A stretch of DNA of 64,000 nt from Candidatus Latescibacterota bacterium (GCA_965219995.1 CBDCOX010000002.1:4128001-4192000); one strand, 5' to 3'. Counted from the first letter of the stretch, positions 29,387-39,060 are shown. Program-made: numbers and translations. The notes: generated by a model from the sequence alone, not told the origin.

Positions 29387-31387
29387 ATGGCCCAGGCGCG
29401 TTCAACGGATCACCGGAACCGTTCGGAAGACCCCGGGTCCGCTCGGGGCGGCATCACCGCGCGGTCCGTGGTTCTGGGTCTGTTGACGGCGGCCGCGTCG
29501 GCCTATTACGGGATTGCCGGGTCGATGGTGCTGCACGTGGGGTCGTTGGTCAAGTCGAACTTCCCCGTGTCGCTGATTCTTGTGTTTACAATCTGGGTGA
29601 TCATCAATATGGTGATCGCCCGGGTTGCGCCCCGCAGCGTGCTTTCCCGCACGGAGATGATGGTCATCTTCGCCATGACGTGGATCGCGGGGATGATGCC
29701 CGGGGTGGGGTGGACGGGGTATATGACGGGGGCGTTGCCCGCGCCGCACTTCTTCGCGACCCCCGAGAATCGCTGGGCGGAACTGTTCCTTGACGAATTG
29801 CCGCACTGGGCGTTCCCCGAGCCCGTACCGGAAATTGTGGACCGGTTCTATTTCGGGTTGCGCAAGGGGGAGTCCGTTCCGTGGGCCGGGTGGCTCGCGC
29901 CGGTGGGCTGGTGGCTGGCCGGAAGCCTCGCCATGGTGGGCGTGGCTTTTTTCGTAACGACGATCTTTCATCGCCAGTGGACCGACGCCGAGCGGCTGAC
30001 CTATCCGCTGGTCAGTTTTCCCACGGACCTGACCGAAGGGATCGGGCGCGGTCGCTGCATTCCCGCGCTCTTTCGGTCTCCGGTGTTCTGGCTGGGCTTT
30101 GCCTGGACCGCCGGGATCATCTGCTGGAATATCATCACGTTCTGGTACCCGCAGGTGCCGCGCGTCACGCTGTTCGATTCGGTGAATACCAAGTGGATGG
30201 TGGTGGCCCAGAATTTTCCGAGGGTCTACTATCGGATTCTGCCGCTCGTGATCGGTCTGGGCTATCTGTGCCGCCTCGATCTGCTGTTCAGTTTCTGGTT
30301 CATGGGCCTGCTGGCGGTGGTGAAGGTGGGCGTGATGAACCGGACCGGATTCACGGTGGGCATGGCGGGGCAGCCCTCCACGGGCAATGAAATCGTCAAC
30401 CTGGAAAGCCACGGCGCAATGACGGTCCTGGTGGTGTGGTCGCTGTGGATGGCCAGGCGTCACCTCGTCTACGTGTGGAAGAAGGCGTGGGAAGGGGGCG
30501 GCGAGGGCGAGGGGCCGGTGTCCTATCGGACCGCGGTGGCGGGTCTGGCGGTTTGCGCGACCTTCGTCTGCGGTTTCTTCATGGCCGTGGGCCTCTCGTT
30601 CAGCCTTGCCCTGGGCCAGATGACGCTGATGTTCATCGCGTATTTCACGGTTGCGAAATACATGGCGGCGACCGGGTTCGGATATCTCGTGCCCGTGGGC
30701 GGCAAGGGCGGCTGGTGGCTCAAGTCCATCACCGGCACGGCGACGATGGACACGCGCAACCTGGTCGGATTGGGGCTTCTGAACAGCAGCGTCTTTTTCG
30801 GAGGGGGAAGGCTGCAGACGATTCAGATGCTGCCGCACCACCTGAAGGCGATGGACCATCTGAAAGCCCGCCGGGGATGGATCGGCGGGACGGTTTTTGT
30901 TGGATTCGTGGTCAGCTTCCTGGTTTGCGTGGGTTTCATCGTCTATTACTGCTATACGGAGTCCGCGCTGTTCCTGCGGTCCTGGACGCTGTGGGAAGGC
31001 CCCCACGGTATTTTCAACGGTCTGGCAACGTCTATCGGCGAAACGGACAGGACCGTATTCGACCCGCAAAAGCTGGGGGTCTGGCTGTTCGGCGCGGCCG
31101 AGGCGGGCCTGCTCGCGCTGCTGCGGACGTGGTTCCCGTGGTGGCCGCTGCACCCGTTGGGTCTGGCGTTCCAGTATACGACGGGCCCCAGGTATTATGT
31201 GTTGAGCATTATGCTCGTGTGGGCGGCCAAGCTGCTGATCGTGCATTACGGCGGCCCAAGGCTGTACGAGAAAGCCAAGCCGTTTTTCTACGGTACGGTG
31301 ATCGGATATTGCGTTGGCATCGGCATCGCACAAGTCGTGGACCTGATCTGGTTTCCCGGTCAGGGGCACGGGTTTCACAATTATTAA
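29387..31387 (+). CDS. Multi-pass membrane protein, DUF6785/DUF6784-like (putative peptide transporter)
   Basis: GITARSV, FATPENRW, QW...ERLTYPL, WWPLHPLG, YGGPRLYEKAKPFF; many TM segments. Confidence 0.75.
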   Translation: MAQARSTDHRNRSEDPGSARGGITARSVVLGLLTAAASAYYGIAGSMVLHVGSLVKSNFPVSLILVFTIWVIINMVIARVAPRSVLSRTEMMVIFAMTWIAGMMPGVGWTGYMTGALPAPHFFATPENRWAELFLDELPHWAFPEPVPEIVDRFYFGLRKGESVPWAGWLAPVGWWLAGSLAMVGVAFFVTTIFHRQWTDAERLTYPLVSFPTDLTEGIGRGRCIPALFRSPVFWLGFAWTAGIICWNIITFWYPQVPRVTLFDSVNTKWMVVAQNFPRVYYRILPLVIGLGYLCRLDLLFSFWFMGLLAVVKVGVMNRTGFTVGMAGQPSTGNEIVNLESHGAMTVLVVWSLWMARRHLVYVWKKAWEGGGEGEGPVSYRTAVAGLAVCATFVCGFFMAVGLSFSLALGQMTLMFIAYFTVAKYMAATGFGYLVPVGGKGGWWLKSITGTATMDTRNLVGLGLLNSSVFFGGGRLQTIQMLPHHLKAMDHLKARRGWIGGTVFVGFVVSFLVCVGFIVYYCYTESALFLRSWTLWEGPHGIFNGLATSIGETDRTVFDPQKLGVWLFGAAEAGLLALLRTWFPWWPLHPLGLAFQYTTGPRYYVLSIMLVWAAKLLIVHYGGPRLYEKAKPFFYGTVIGYCVGIGIAQVVDLIWFPGQGHGFHNY

Positions 31388-31390
31388 AGG

Positions 31391-31520
31391 GCAGCAATCA
31401 GCTGTTGGCTGTCAGCAATCAGCCTTCAGCTTGAAGCAAAGACAAGAGTCAGCATCAAATTCAAGATCCACATCTCCCCAGATTCCCGAAGGGCGGGTAG
31501 ACGCGAGACGGGAGATGATA
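31391..31520. repeat. Heptamer repeat element, copy F (CAGC heptamers + core type 3 + AGACG arm)
   Basis: CAGCAATCAGCTGTTGGCTGTCAGCAATCAGCCTTCAGCTTGAAGC...TCCCCAGATTCCCGAAGGGCGGGTAGACGCGAGACGGGAGATGATA; matches 63138-63255. Confidence 0.8.
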
Positions 31521-31784
31521 ACACCGGTCTACAGAAGAACGACATGGCATTGCGACATCAACGAATGGATGACCGGACCCGCGTCCCTGCTCCGGTCGCT
31601 ACCCGCTGTAGCAACACTTGTCGGGAGTGAATCTCACCCGTCGAAGATCCGCGCCTTTTCACGGCGCACTGAATACAACGGGTTACAGGATATCGTCATG
31701 CAGCCCTTTGTGGTGTATTGCTTCTCGGGTAGGCGCTCTATGGAAATATTCAGCCCCTATCTGAATTGAAATCGATTTTACCAC

Positions 31785-31813
31785 TTGACTTCCCGGATCA
31801 TATCCCTTATGTT
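31785..31813 (+). promoter_or_regulatory. Putative sigma70 promoter of the metal ABC operon
   Basis: TTGACT-17 bp-TATGTT directly upstream of the palindromic operator. Confidence 0.55.
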
Positions 31814-31826
31814 CCGACGTGCTCAA

Positions 31827-31854
31827 ATATGATAATGAGTTATCATTATCATAT
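31827..31854. promoter_or_regulatory. Fur/Zur-type operator box 1
   Basis: Perfect 12-bp inverted repeat ATATGATAATGA-GTTA-TCATTATCATAT; close to the Fur consensus GATAATGATAATCATTATC. Confidence 0.8.
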
Positions 31855-31889
31855 AAAGGATTGTTGCTCTCCCTTGATTCGCCGTCAAT

Positions 31890-31996
31890 TCGCGGCAACT
31901 CCAGGCGGTCGGGCGTACTCATCGAACGCCACTGAGGATCACCCTGGGGAGGCGAGCATATTGGACCCGATAACCTTGAGCCAGAAGGCCTTCCAG
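31890..31996 (+). ncRNA. Degenerate cobalamin-riboswitch-like 3' half
   Basis: In order: GCAACT, GCCACTG (31928-31934), GGGGAGGC, GAGCCAGAAGGCCTTCC (31978-31994); the 5' GGGAA..GGTG domain is not found. Confidence 0.4.
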
Positions 31997-32038
31997 GCAT
32001 ATTGAAACCCATCGCTTTGCGAGGTCCGACAGAGGCCA

Positions 32039-32800
32039 ATGGCGAACCCAATGCACCTTTCAGCAACCGGACTCTCGCTCGGCTATGGGACCGAGACCGT
32101 AGCTGAAGACGTCGCGTTCAACCTTGCGCTCGGCGACGTACTCGGCGTTGTCGGTCACAACGGATCGGGAAAAACGACCCTGATCAAAACACTGTTGGGC
32201 ACCTTGCCGCCGCTTGCTGGCGCGCTCAGCTTTCCCGCCGGGCGGCCTCGGACAATTGCCTATCTGGGCCAGCAGACCGAATTCGACAGCCGCTTTCCCA
32301 TCCGGGTCCGCGACGTGGCGGAAATGGGCTCTTGGCCCAACCTGGGGTTTCTCGGTCGAATCGATACTGCGTGCAGGGCTCGAGTCAGGCGTGCGCTCGA
32401 GCGCACGGGCACCGCCGAGATCGCCGACTTGCCCTTGCACAAACTGTCCGCGGGTCAGCTGCAGCGGGCGCTGTTTGCCCGGACTATGGTTCAGGATGCG
32501 TCGCTGATCCTGCTGGATGAGCCGTTCACGGCCGTCGACCAGACAACGGAAGCGGCTCTGCTGACGCTGATCGATGACTGGGCCGCGGAAGGACGTACAA
32601 TCATCCTGGTTCTGCACGACCTTTCCGCCGTTCTGCAGCATTGCACCTCAGCGCTTCTCCTGGGAGGTGGCCGCGCGCTCTTCGGTGCCCCGAAGACAAC
32701 ACTCACGCCCGACAATCTGGTCGATCACCGGTACCTTTCGCAAAGTCAGGCCGCCTGGATCGGAGACATGTACTCGCAATCGAAAGCAGACGATGCTTGA
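32039..32800 (+). CDS. Metal (Zn/Mn) ABC transporter ATP-binding protein (AztA/ZnuC-like)
   Basis: GHNGSGKTT, LSAGQLQR, LLDEP, LHDL. Confidence 0.92.
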   Translation: MANPMHLSATGLSLGYGTETVAEDVAFNLALGDVLGVVGHNGSGKTTLIKTLLGTLPPLAGALSFPAGRPRTIAYLGQQTEFDSRFPIRVRDVAEMGSWPNLGFLGRIDTACRARVRRALERTGTAEIADLPLHKLSAGQLQRALFARTMVQDASLILLDEPFTAVDQTTEAALLTLIDDWAAEGRTIILVLHDLSAVLQHCTSALLLGGGRALFGAPKTTLTPDNLVDHRYLSQSQAAWIGDMYSQSKADDA

Positions 32801-33641
32801 GTGGCTCCACTACGCGTTCATGGTCCGAGCACTGACCGCGACGACGGTGTTGAGTATCTCCGTCGCCCCGGTCGGAGCATTCCTGGTGCTCAGGCGTCTG
32901 TCGCTCGCCGGCGAGGCGATGGCTCACGCCATTGTACCGGGAATCGTCATCGCTTTCGTGATTGCCGGTCTGTCGGTGGGATCCATGATCATCGGCGGGT
33001 TGGCCGCCGGTATCACCATCGCCGCGCTGACCGGCCTGCTCGCCCGTATGACAATCATCCGCGAGGATGCGAGTCTGGCGTCGCTCTATCTCGTGGCCCT
33101 TGCTCTTGGCATCTTCATCCTGTCCGCCGCAGGCTCGGCGGTGCCGCTGAAGAGTTTCCTGTTCGGTTCGATCCTTGGAATTGACGACGAAACCCTCATT
33201 CTGATCGGGACGACGGCTACAATCACTCTGGTGAGCTTTGCGCTGATCCTCAGGCCGCTGATCATCAATACAATCGATCCAGTCTTCCATGAGAGCCAGT
33301 CCAGGCGCCCTGTCCTCGTGACTCACTGGTTCATGTTTCTGGTCGTGCTCAATCTGTTGGGCGCCTTCAGGGCCCTCGGCACGCTGATGGCGGTCGGGTT
33401 GATGATCCTGCCAGCGACAGCGGCACGTTATTGGGTCTCGACAATCACCAGCTATCTGATCGTGACCTTCCTGTTCGCGCTGCTGAGCTGCTGGGTCGGG
33501 CTGATCGTTTCGTTCTATCTGCCGGACGTGCCTTCAGGTCCGGCAATCGTGCTGGTTGCGGCGGTCTTTTTCTTTTTCAGCCTGATCTTCGCACCGCAAG
33601 GATTTCATGTCGGCGCACGCCTTAACCCGTACCGCCGCTAA
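32793..33641 (+). CDS. Metal ABC transporter permease (ABC-3, AztB/ZnuB-like)
   Basis: FLVLRRLSLAGEAMAHAIVPG, FLFGSIL, PSGPAIV; overlaps the ATPase stop. Confidence 0.92.
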   Translation: MLEWLHYAFMVRALTATTVLSISVAPVGAFLVLRRLSLAGEAMAHAIVPGIVIAFVIAGLSVGSMIIGGLAAGITIAALTGLLARMTIIREDASLASLYLVALALGIFILSAAGSAVPLKSFLFGSILGIDDETLILIGTTATITLVSFALILRPLIINTIDPVFHESQSRRPVLVTHWFMFLVVLNLLGAFRALGTLMAVGLMILPATAARYWVSTITSYLIVTFLFALLSCWVGLIVSFYLPDVPSGPAIVLVAAVFFFFSLIFAPQGFHVGARLNPYRR

Positions 33642-33684
33642 CCCCTTACCATCAACCAAAACGTAATGTAGGGCAAAGAAACCC

Positions 33685-34593
33685 ATGAAAAGACTCTTTC
33701 GCGCACTGCTGATAGCGGTCCTGGCATTGGCCTCAATCCCAGCGGCCGCCAAGGACAAGATAAAGGTTGTCGCCAGCTTCTCCATCCTCTGTGACATGGT
33801 GCGACAGGTCACCGGCGATTTGGCCGATGTGACAACCATTGTCGGCCCGGACGCGGATGCTCACGTTTACACCCCCAATGCGGCCGACGCCAAAGCAGTG
33901 ACAAACGCTGAGGTGATCTTCGTCAACGGTCTGGGATTCGAGACCTGGTCGCAAACCCTGATCGAGACATCCGGCAGCAAGGGCAAGGTGTTCGTCGCAA
34001 CGGAAGGGTTAACGCCTTTGAAGGTTGACGGTGAAATCGACCCGCATGCCTGGAACTCGCTCACGAACGGCATGAAGTATGTCGCCAATATTGCGGACAG
34101 CATGTCGGAAACCGATCCGAAGAACGCGGAAGCATACAAGGCCAACGCCCGCGCCTACACCGCCAGACTCAAGGCATTACACAACCGCGCGCTCGACCAA
34201 CTCAGAGAACTGCCCGCCGACCGGCGAACCGTCGTGACCGCGCACGACGCCTTTGGGTATCTGGAGGCTGCTTATGGGCTCACGTTCCTGGCCCCGGTCG
34301 GAATCGACACCGACGCCGAGCCGTCGGCACGGGACCTCGCCAGGCTGATCGATCACCTGAAAGCGGTCGGCGCCGGCGCCCTGTTCGTTGAGAACATAAC
34401 CAGCCCATCCCTGGTTCAGCAGATCGCGCGCGAAACCGGAATTCAGATCGCTGGCCGGCTGTTCTCCGACGCGCTCTCGGAACGTGGCGGCCCGGCGACC
34501 AGCTACGAGAAGATGTTCGAGCACAATCTGGGAACGCTGATTCAAGCGCTCAGCCAACAATCGCAATTCGCCACAAGAAAAAGGGCGTTCTGA
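33685..34593 (+). CDS. Metal ABC transporter substrate-binding protein (cluster A-I, AztC/TroA-like)
   Basis: VVASFSIL, DAHVY, NGLGFE, DPHAW, HDAFGY, SDAL metal-ligand motifs. Confidence 0.92.
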   Translation: MKRLFRALLIAVLALASIPAAAKDKIKVVASFSILCDMVRQVTGDLADVTTIVGPDADAHVYTPNAADAKAVTNAEVIFVNGLGFETWSQTLIETSGSKGKVFVATEGLTPLKVDGEIDPHAWNSLTNGMKYVANIADSMSETDPKNAEAYKANARAYTARLKALHNRALDQLRELPADRRTVVTAHDAFGYLEAAYGLTFLAPVGIDTDAEPSARDLARLIDHLKAVGAGALFVENITSPSLVQQIARETGIQIAGRLFSDALSERGGPATSYEKMFEHNLGTLIQALSQQSQFATRKRAF

Positions 34594-34655
34594 AGGCCAG
34601 CCGATTGAAGTCCGTTATACCGATCCGGCATCCAGCTGCCAAAGGAGGCATACCC

Positions 34656-35036
34656 ATGAGCAACAGACTCACCAGCCAACGCAGCGCCATCGCGAGGGTC
34701 ATTCGCGACGCCCCCGGTCCACTGCGCCCCCTGGGAATCCTGGACCTGGCGTGCCCCTTAGTGCCGACGCTGGGCATTGCGACGGTTTATCGGCAACTCA
34801 GGAGCCTGCAAGACGCAGGTGAGGTGCGCGCCGTGGAATTGGGCGTCAATGATGTGCGCTACGAGCCGACCGACCGGGGCCACCATCACCACTTCCTCTG
34901 TCGTGAGTGCGACGAAGCGTTCGACATCCACGGGTGCCCGGAGGGAATCGCGAAGCTGGCGCCGCCGGGCTTCGAGCTCGAAGAGCACGAGATCACGCTT
35001 TACGGACAATGCCGCGATTGCAGCGCGGGGAAGTGA
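34656..35036 (+). CDS. Fur-family transcriptional regulator (probably Zur-like)
   Basis: TSQR, ATVYRQL, HHHHFLCREC, LYGQCRDC; AAGGAGG RBS. Confidence 0.9.
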   Translation: MSNRLTSQRSAIARVIRDAPGPLRPLGILDLACPLVPTLGIATVYRQLRSLQDAGEVRAVELGVNDVRYEPTDRGHHHHFLCRECDEAFDIHGCPEGIAKLAPPGFELEEHEITLYGQCRDCSAGK

Positions 35037-35194
35037 AACACGTTTGAAAGCGCCTATGGTACAAGGGCGCAACGAGCGGCCTGCGAGATTGAACGGCAGG
35101 CTGGCCTGGAAATGAACAACCGCTTTTCATTGTGATCCTGCGCCCTCGATCGTGAAGGAACGGCGCGGATGTGATAGAGAATAACATTCCTTAT

Positions 35195-35216
35195 TGATAA
35201 TGAGTAATCATTATTA
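35195..35216. promoter_or_regulatory. Fur/Zur-type operator box 2
   Basis: TGATAATGAGTAATCATTATTA, nearly identical to box 1, about 40 bp upstream of the TonB receptor start. Confidence 0.75.
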
Positions 35217-35253
35217 TTTTCCATGCGCATTTGCGCACACTACAGGAGGAGAA

Positions 35254-37560
35254 ATGCAAGCGTTACGGAAGTTCTGGTTGTTGCTGGGCGCCTCAAGAGT
35301 TCGAGCCATTCCCTTTTCCGCGGCCGTGATCCTCAGCCCCCTGTGCAGTCCTGCCTGGGCCGAGCAAGAAGCGGTCGAGACTGCCGCGGTCGTCTCCGCC
35401 AACCCTGACACGGGCTATTCCTCGCAGGAAACAAGGGTGTATGCCCTGCCTGAGTTGGTCGTCTCCGCCGACCCTGATACGGGCTATTCCTTCACCCACA
35501 GCGGCACGGCTCTTGGGGTTCCCATTCCGTTGGAAGACACACCGCAATCCGTTTTGACGATCAAAAGACAGGTACTCGAAGATCAGCTGGCCACCACCCT
35601 TTGGGACGGCCTGAAGAATGTGAGCGGCGTTTTCAGTCGCGGTACGAATTCGGCAGTCTCCGAAGATTTCGTCATTCGCGGCTTCCGGCTGGATCCCAGG
35701 CGTAACTACTACCACAATGGAGTGCCGTACTACAATCGGTTTGCCGCTGAGCCGGGCAATCTCGAACGGGTGGAGGTGCTCAAGGGCCCGGCCTCCATCC
35801 TCTACGGCGCGATCGAGCCGGGGGGGATTATCAACACCATTACGCCCCAACCGTCTACAACCTCCACGCGCCAGTTGCACCTGAGCGCGGGCAGCTATGG
35901 CCACATCAGCCCCCGGTTTTCGGCGTCCGGTCCGCTCGACAGCGAGGGAAGAGTGCTTTACAGGCTGTACGGCTCCCGATTGACGGCGGAGAGTTTTCGC
36001 GATTTCGTTGAGCAGGATCGCTGGTACGTCAACCCTTCCGTCTACTGGGGCTGGTCTCAATCGACAGCGCTGGAACTGAATCTGGAGTTGTTGCGCGACG
36101 AGAGAACGGCCGATGCCGGCATCGTCGCGATCCTGGATCAGCCTGCGTCGGTACCCATCGATCGCTTCTACGGAGACCCGCTCTACAACAAGGAAACCAT
36201 GAGAAACGGCGCGGTCACCCTGCGCGCCACCCGGAACTGGACTCGCAGCCTGACGCACACGTCGGCCCTCAGCCACTACAAGACCACATGGGATCGCGAG
36301 CAGATGTCGGTTGAAGCCATGCGGGGCGGTGTCGTTGGCCTGCCAGGCGGCGCAGGACATCCGGACAGCGACAGCAACCTGCTCAATCGCGCCATTTACG
36401 ACAACGAGATCTTCTATCGCGAGACCACGATGCGTCACGACCTGAGCTACAAGCAGGCGGGGGGTGCTCTTCGGCATACGCTGCTATTAGGCGTGGCACT
36501 CTCCTTCTACAAAGAGCGTGAAGTGCTCGGCGATCGTGTCCATCGAGAAGGTACGCCGGAAGCGGCGAATGCCGACGCGCTGAAGATCGACATCTACGAT
36601 CCGGAGCCGTATTACGGGCTGACCATTCCCCAGGATTTCGCCCTCTTCCGCAACCGCGAGCGCGAAGAGACCAGTTGGGGTATGTATCTGCAAGACCTGG
36701 TGGAACTCGGCGACCAATGGGTTCTGCTGGGGGGCTTGCGCTATGACGGGGTCGATTTCGACGAACGTACGAACCAGCGCGGTTCCTACAGAACCCACGA
36801 CCGCAGTGACGGCAGTCTGAGCCCGCGCCTGGGCGTCGTCTACAAGCCCGGTGGTGGTCTCTCCCTCTACTCCAGCTACAGCCGCTCTTTCAGACCGAAG
36901 TCGGGCGAGAAGATCTTCGATGAACCGGAGGGCGACGCCACACCGATAACTCCCGATATGGTCGTACCGGTCGACCCCGAGTCGGCGGCGCAATTTGAGG
37001 TGGGAGGGCGGTGGACCGATGCCGGCAACCGCCTGAGCGCGACGCTGGCGCTGTACGATCTGGCACGCACCAATGTAGTCGAAACCAATCCCCGCTACCG
37101 CATTTACCGCGTTCAGATCGGGCGCCAGCGCAGCCGGGGTTTCGATCTCGACCTGACCGCGCAGCCGATCCCCCAACTGCGTGCTATCGCCAGCTATGCG
37201 TATGCGGACGCGCGCGTCGAAAGGGATGCTGACCGCCCCGCGTGGGAGGACAACCATCTCGACAATACGCCCGAACACAGCGCCAGTCTGTGGTGCAACT
37301 ACCGCCATACGACTGGCCTGGCCGTGGGACTGGGCGTGATCTATACCGGAGAGCGCCAGGGCAATCTGGACAATGACTTCCTCCTTGACGACTACGTGCG
37401 GGTCGATGCCACCCTCACCTACCGGCTGCAGACCCTGAGAGTGGATCTGAGCGTCAAAAACCTCACCGACGTGGGGTACTACCAGAACGCATGGCGTCGC
37501 GACCGGATCATGCCCGGAACGCCCAGAAACTTTCTGCTGTCATTCGGCTATAGCCTGTGA
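35254..37560 (+). CDS. TonB-dependent receptor (siderophore-receptor-like)
   Basis: DTPQSV, plug motif LERVEVLKGPASILYG, NLTD..Y, C-terminal GTPRNFLLSFGYSL; AGGAGG RBS. Confidence 0.92.
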   Translation: MQALRKFWLLLGASRVRAIPFSAAVILSPLCSPAWAEQEAVETAAVVSANPDTGYSSQETRVYALPELVVSADPDTGYSFTHSGTALGVPIPLEDTPQSVLTIKRQVLEDQLATTLWDGLKNVSGVFSRGTNSAVSEDFVIRGFRLDPRRNYYHNGVPYYNRFAAEPGNLERVEVLKGPASILYGAIEPGGIINTITPQPSTTSTRQLHLSAGSYGHISPRFSASGPLDSEGRVLYRLYGSRLTAESFRDFVEQDRWYVNPSVYWGWSQSTALELNLELLRDERTADAGIVAILDQPASVPIDRFYGDPLYNKETMRNGAVTLRATRNWTRSLTHTSALSHYKTTWDREQMSVEAMRGGVVGLPGGAGHPDSDSNLLNRAIYDNEIFYRETTMRHDLSYKQAGGALRHTLLLGVALSFYKEREVLGDRVHREGTPEAANADALKIDIYDPEPYYGLTIPQDFALFRNREREETSWGMYLQDLVELGDQWVLLGGLRYDGVDFDERTNQRGSYRTHDRSDGSLSPRLGVVYKPGGGLSLYSSYSRSFRPKSGEKIFDEPEGDATPITPDMVVPVDPESAAQFEVGGRWTDAGNRLSATLALYDLARTNVVETNPRYRIYRVQIGRQRSRGFDLDLTAQPIPQLRAIASYAYADARVERDADRPAWEDNHLDNTPEHSASLWCNYRHTTGLAVGLGVIYTGERQGNLDNDFLLDDYVRVDATLTYRLQTLRVDLSVKNLTDVGYYQNAWRRDRIMPGTPRNFLLSFGYSL

Positions 37561-37586
37561 ATGCGTCCCGTGAGGAGACAAAAGCG

Positions 37587-38360
37587 ATGAACGAGAGCAC
37601 GGCCCCGGGCCGCCGACAGGTGAAGGGACGCTACAAGAAAGGGGTTCGCCGCTGGCATGCCTGGACCTCCATCTTCGCACTGGTCTTCACGGTGCTCGTG
37701 TGCGTGACCGCGATCCTGCTGGAGCACCTCAGTGGCTGGGGCCTGAGCAGCGTCGGAGTGCCCAGCCGGTGGTTTCCCGGCTACCAGACCACCGCCAGTC
37801 GCCTGGGACAGATCAAGTGCGCCCTGCTTGCCGGCAATGAGGAGGTGTACATCGGGACGCGAAAAGGGTTGCTTCACCTGAGTGGGAGCGAAACCCGCAG
37901 CGTTCCGCAGTTGGAGGGCCTGGACATCTTCAACATCGACCAACAGGGAGAGCGCATCCTGGTCGGCACGCGGGAAAGCACCTGGCTCTTCGAGGAGGAG
38001 CAGTGGAAGCGCATTTCCAACTTCAGAGGGGCGGCAACCTTTGCAGAAGATGGTCGCATCGTCCACATACAGGGCAGCAACGGCCTCTTCGTCACCGAGG
38101 ACCTGGGCGCGACCTGGACGGAACTGACGGCCGTGAACGCAACCATGGTGGAAGTCCCCCTTCCCGAGGTCGTCAGCTTCAGCAAGTTGGTTCTGGACCT
38201 GCACACCGGCAAAGCCCTCTTCGGCCCCGAGGGTGAGTGGATCTACGTGGACGCGCTGAGCATCGCCGTCCTGGCACTGGCAATAACGGGTTTCATCATC
38301 CGTCCCGCCTATGTGAAGCTGCGCACGTACCGGCGTAAATCCAGAGGGGAACAAGCATGA
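37587..38360 (+). CDS. PepSY-associated TM helix domain protein
   Basis: RRWHAW TM motif, VLDLHTG, AITG. Confidence 0.75.
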   Translation: MNESTAPGRRQVKGRYKKGVRRWHAWTSIFALVFTVLVCVTAILLEHLSGWGLSSVGVPSRWFPGYQTTASRLGQIKCALLAGNEEVYIGTRKGLLHLSGSETRSVPQLEGLDIFNIDQQGERILVGTRESTWLFEEEQWKRISNFRGAATFAEDGRIVHIQGSNGLFVTEDLGATWTELTAVNATMVEVPLPEVVSFSKLVLDLHTGKALFGPEGEWIYVDALSIAVLALAITGFIIRPAYVKLRTYRRKSRGEQA

Positions 38361-38547
38361 ACCTTCGCGTTATCCAGCCGGGCGCATGCTCCTTTTTTGG
38401 GATTGCATCGGAAAAGGGCCCGCGGGACGGAAACCTCGAAAGTACGGCGCGCAGGGGCAAGCCTGCGGTTGGACAGCGAGATGGCAGGTTGATCATCTTC
38501 GAGATCCAGTCGGCGGCCAGAGTTGGCAGTCGATGCAGGAGGAGTCA

Positions 38548-38994
38548 ATGAATCAGGTAAACTTCAACGCACGAACCAGGCGACTGCGCTTCGCCGTTCA
38601 GCAGGGTGAAAGCCTGACAATGCGGCGCACCGGGCCGTTGGGACAGATCATCTTTTGTGAAGGATGTTGTTGTGGTCGAGGCGACAGAGGATTCCCGTCA
38701 TTGCCAAAGGAGATGATCAAGGAGCGGTGGAAGAGGCTCAAGCTCAACGGTACAATCCAGCTCACGATCAGTGGATGCCTGGGCCCGTGCGATCTGGCCA
38801 ACGTCGTTTGTTTGCTAACGAGCAATGGAACCGGACAGTGGTTCGGCGGGCTTTCCGAGCATTGGCAATACGAAATATTCATCCAATGGGCCAGCCAGTG
38901 CCACCAGTCGGGTTCTCTTTTGCCGATTCCGGCGACATTAGACCGCCATCGTTTCGCACGCTTTCCTTCCGTTCCGGTTGCCGCTCAAACATGA
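38548..38994 (+). CDS. Thioredoxin-like (2Fe-2S) ferredoxin-domain protein of the kind found in CobN/CobW neighbourhoods
   Basis: CEGCCCG and ISGCLGPCDLANV Cys motifs; GGAGGAG RBS. Confidence 0.75.
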   Translation: MNQVNFNARTRRLRFAVQQGESLTMRRTGPLGQIIFCEGCCCGRGDRGFPSLPKEMIKERWKRLKLNGTIQLTISGCLGPCDLANVVCLLTSNGTGQWFGGLSEHWQYEIFIQWASQCHQSGSLLPIPATLDRHRFARFPSVPVAAQT

Positions 38995-39060
38995 AGCTGC
39001 CTGTATTCCAGCCCCGCCTTGTGGACTTGACCAATCCTCAATTCGGCAGGAGAGAAATCA

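Noticed and set aside
29402-31378. 658-aa minus-strand ORF (and similar long antisense ORFs at 60739-63093, 50172-51548, 7750-8976)
   Set aside because: They fully overlap well-supported plus-strand genes, have low-complexity Arg/Pro/His-rich translations and no motifs
38380-38540. Cobalamin riboswitch directly upstream of the ferredoxin/cobW genes
   Set aside because: No GCCACTG, GGGAAG or AGYCAG..GACC motifs are present there
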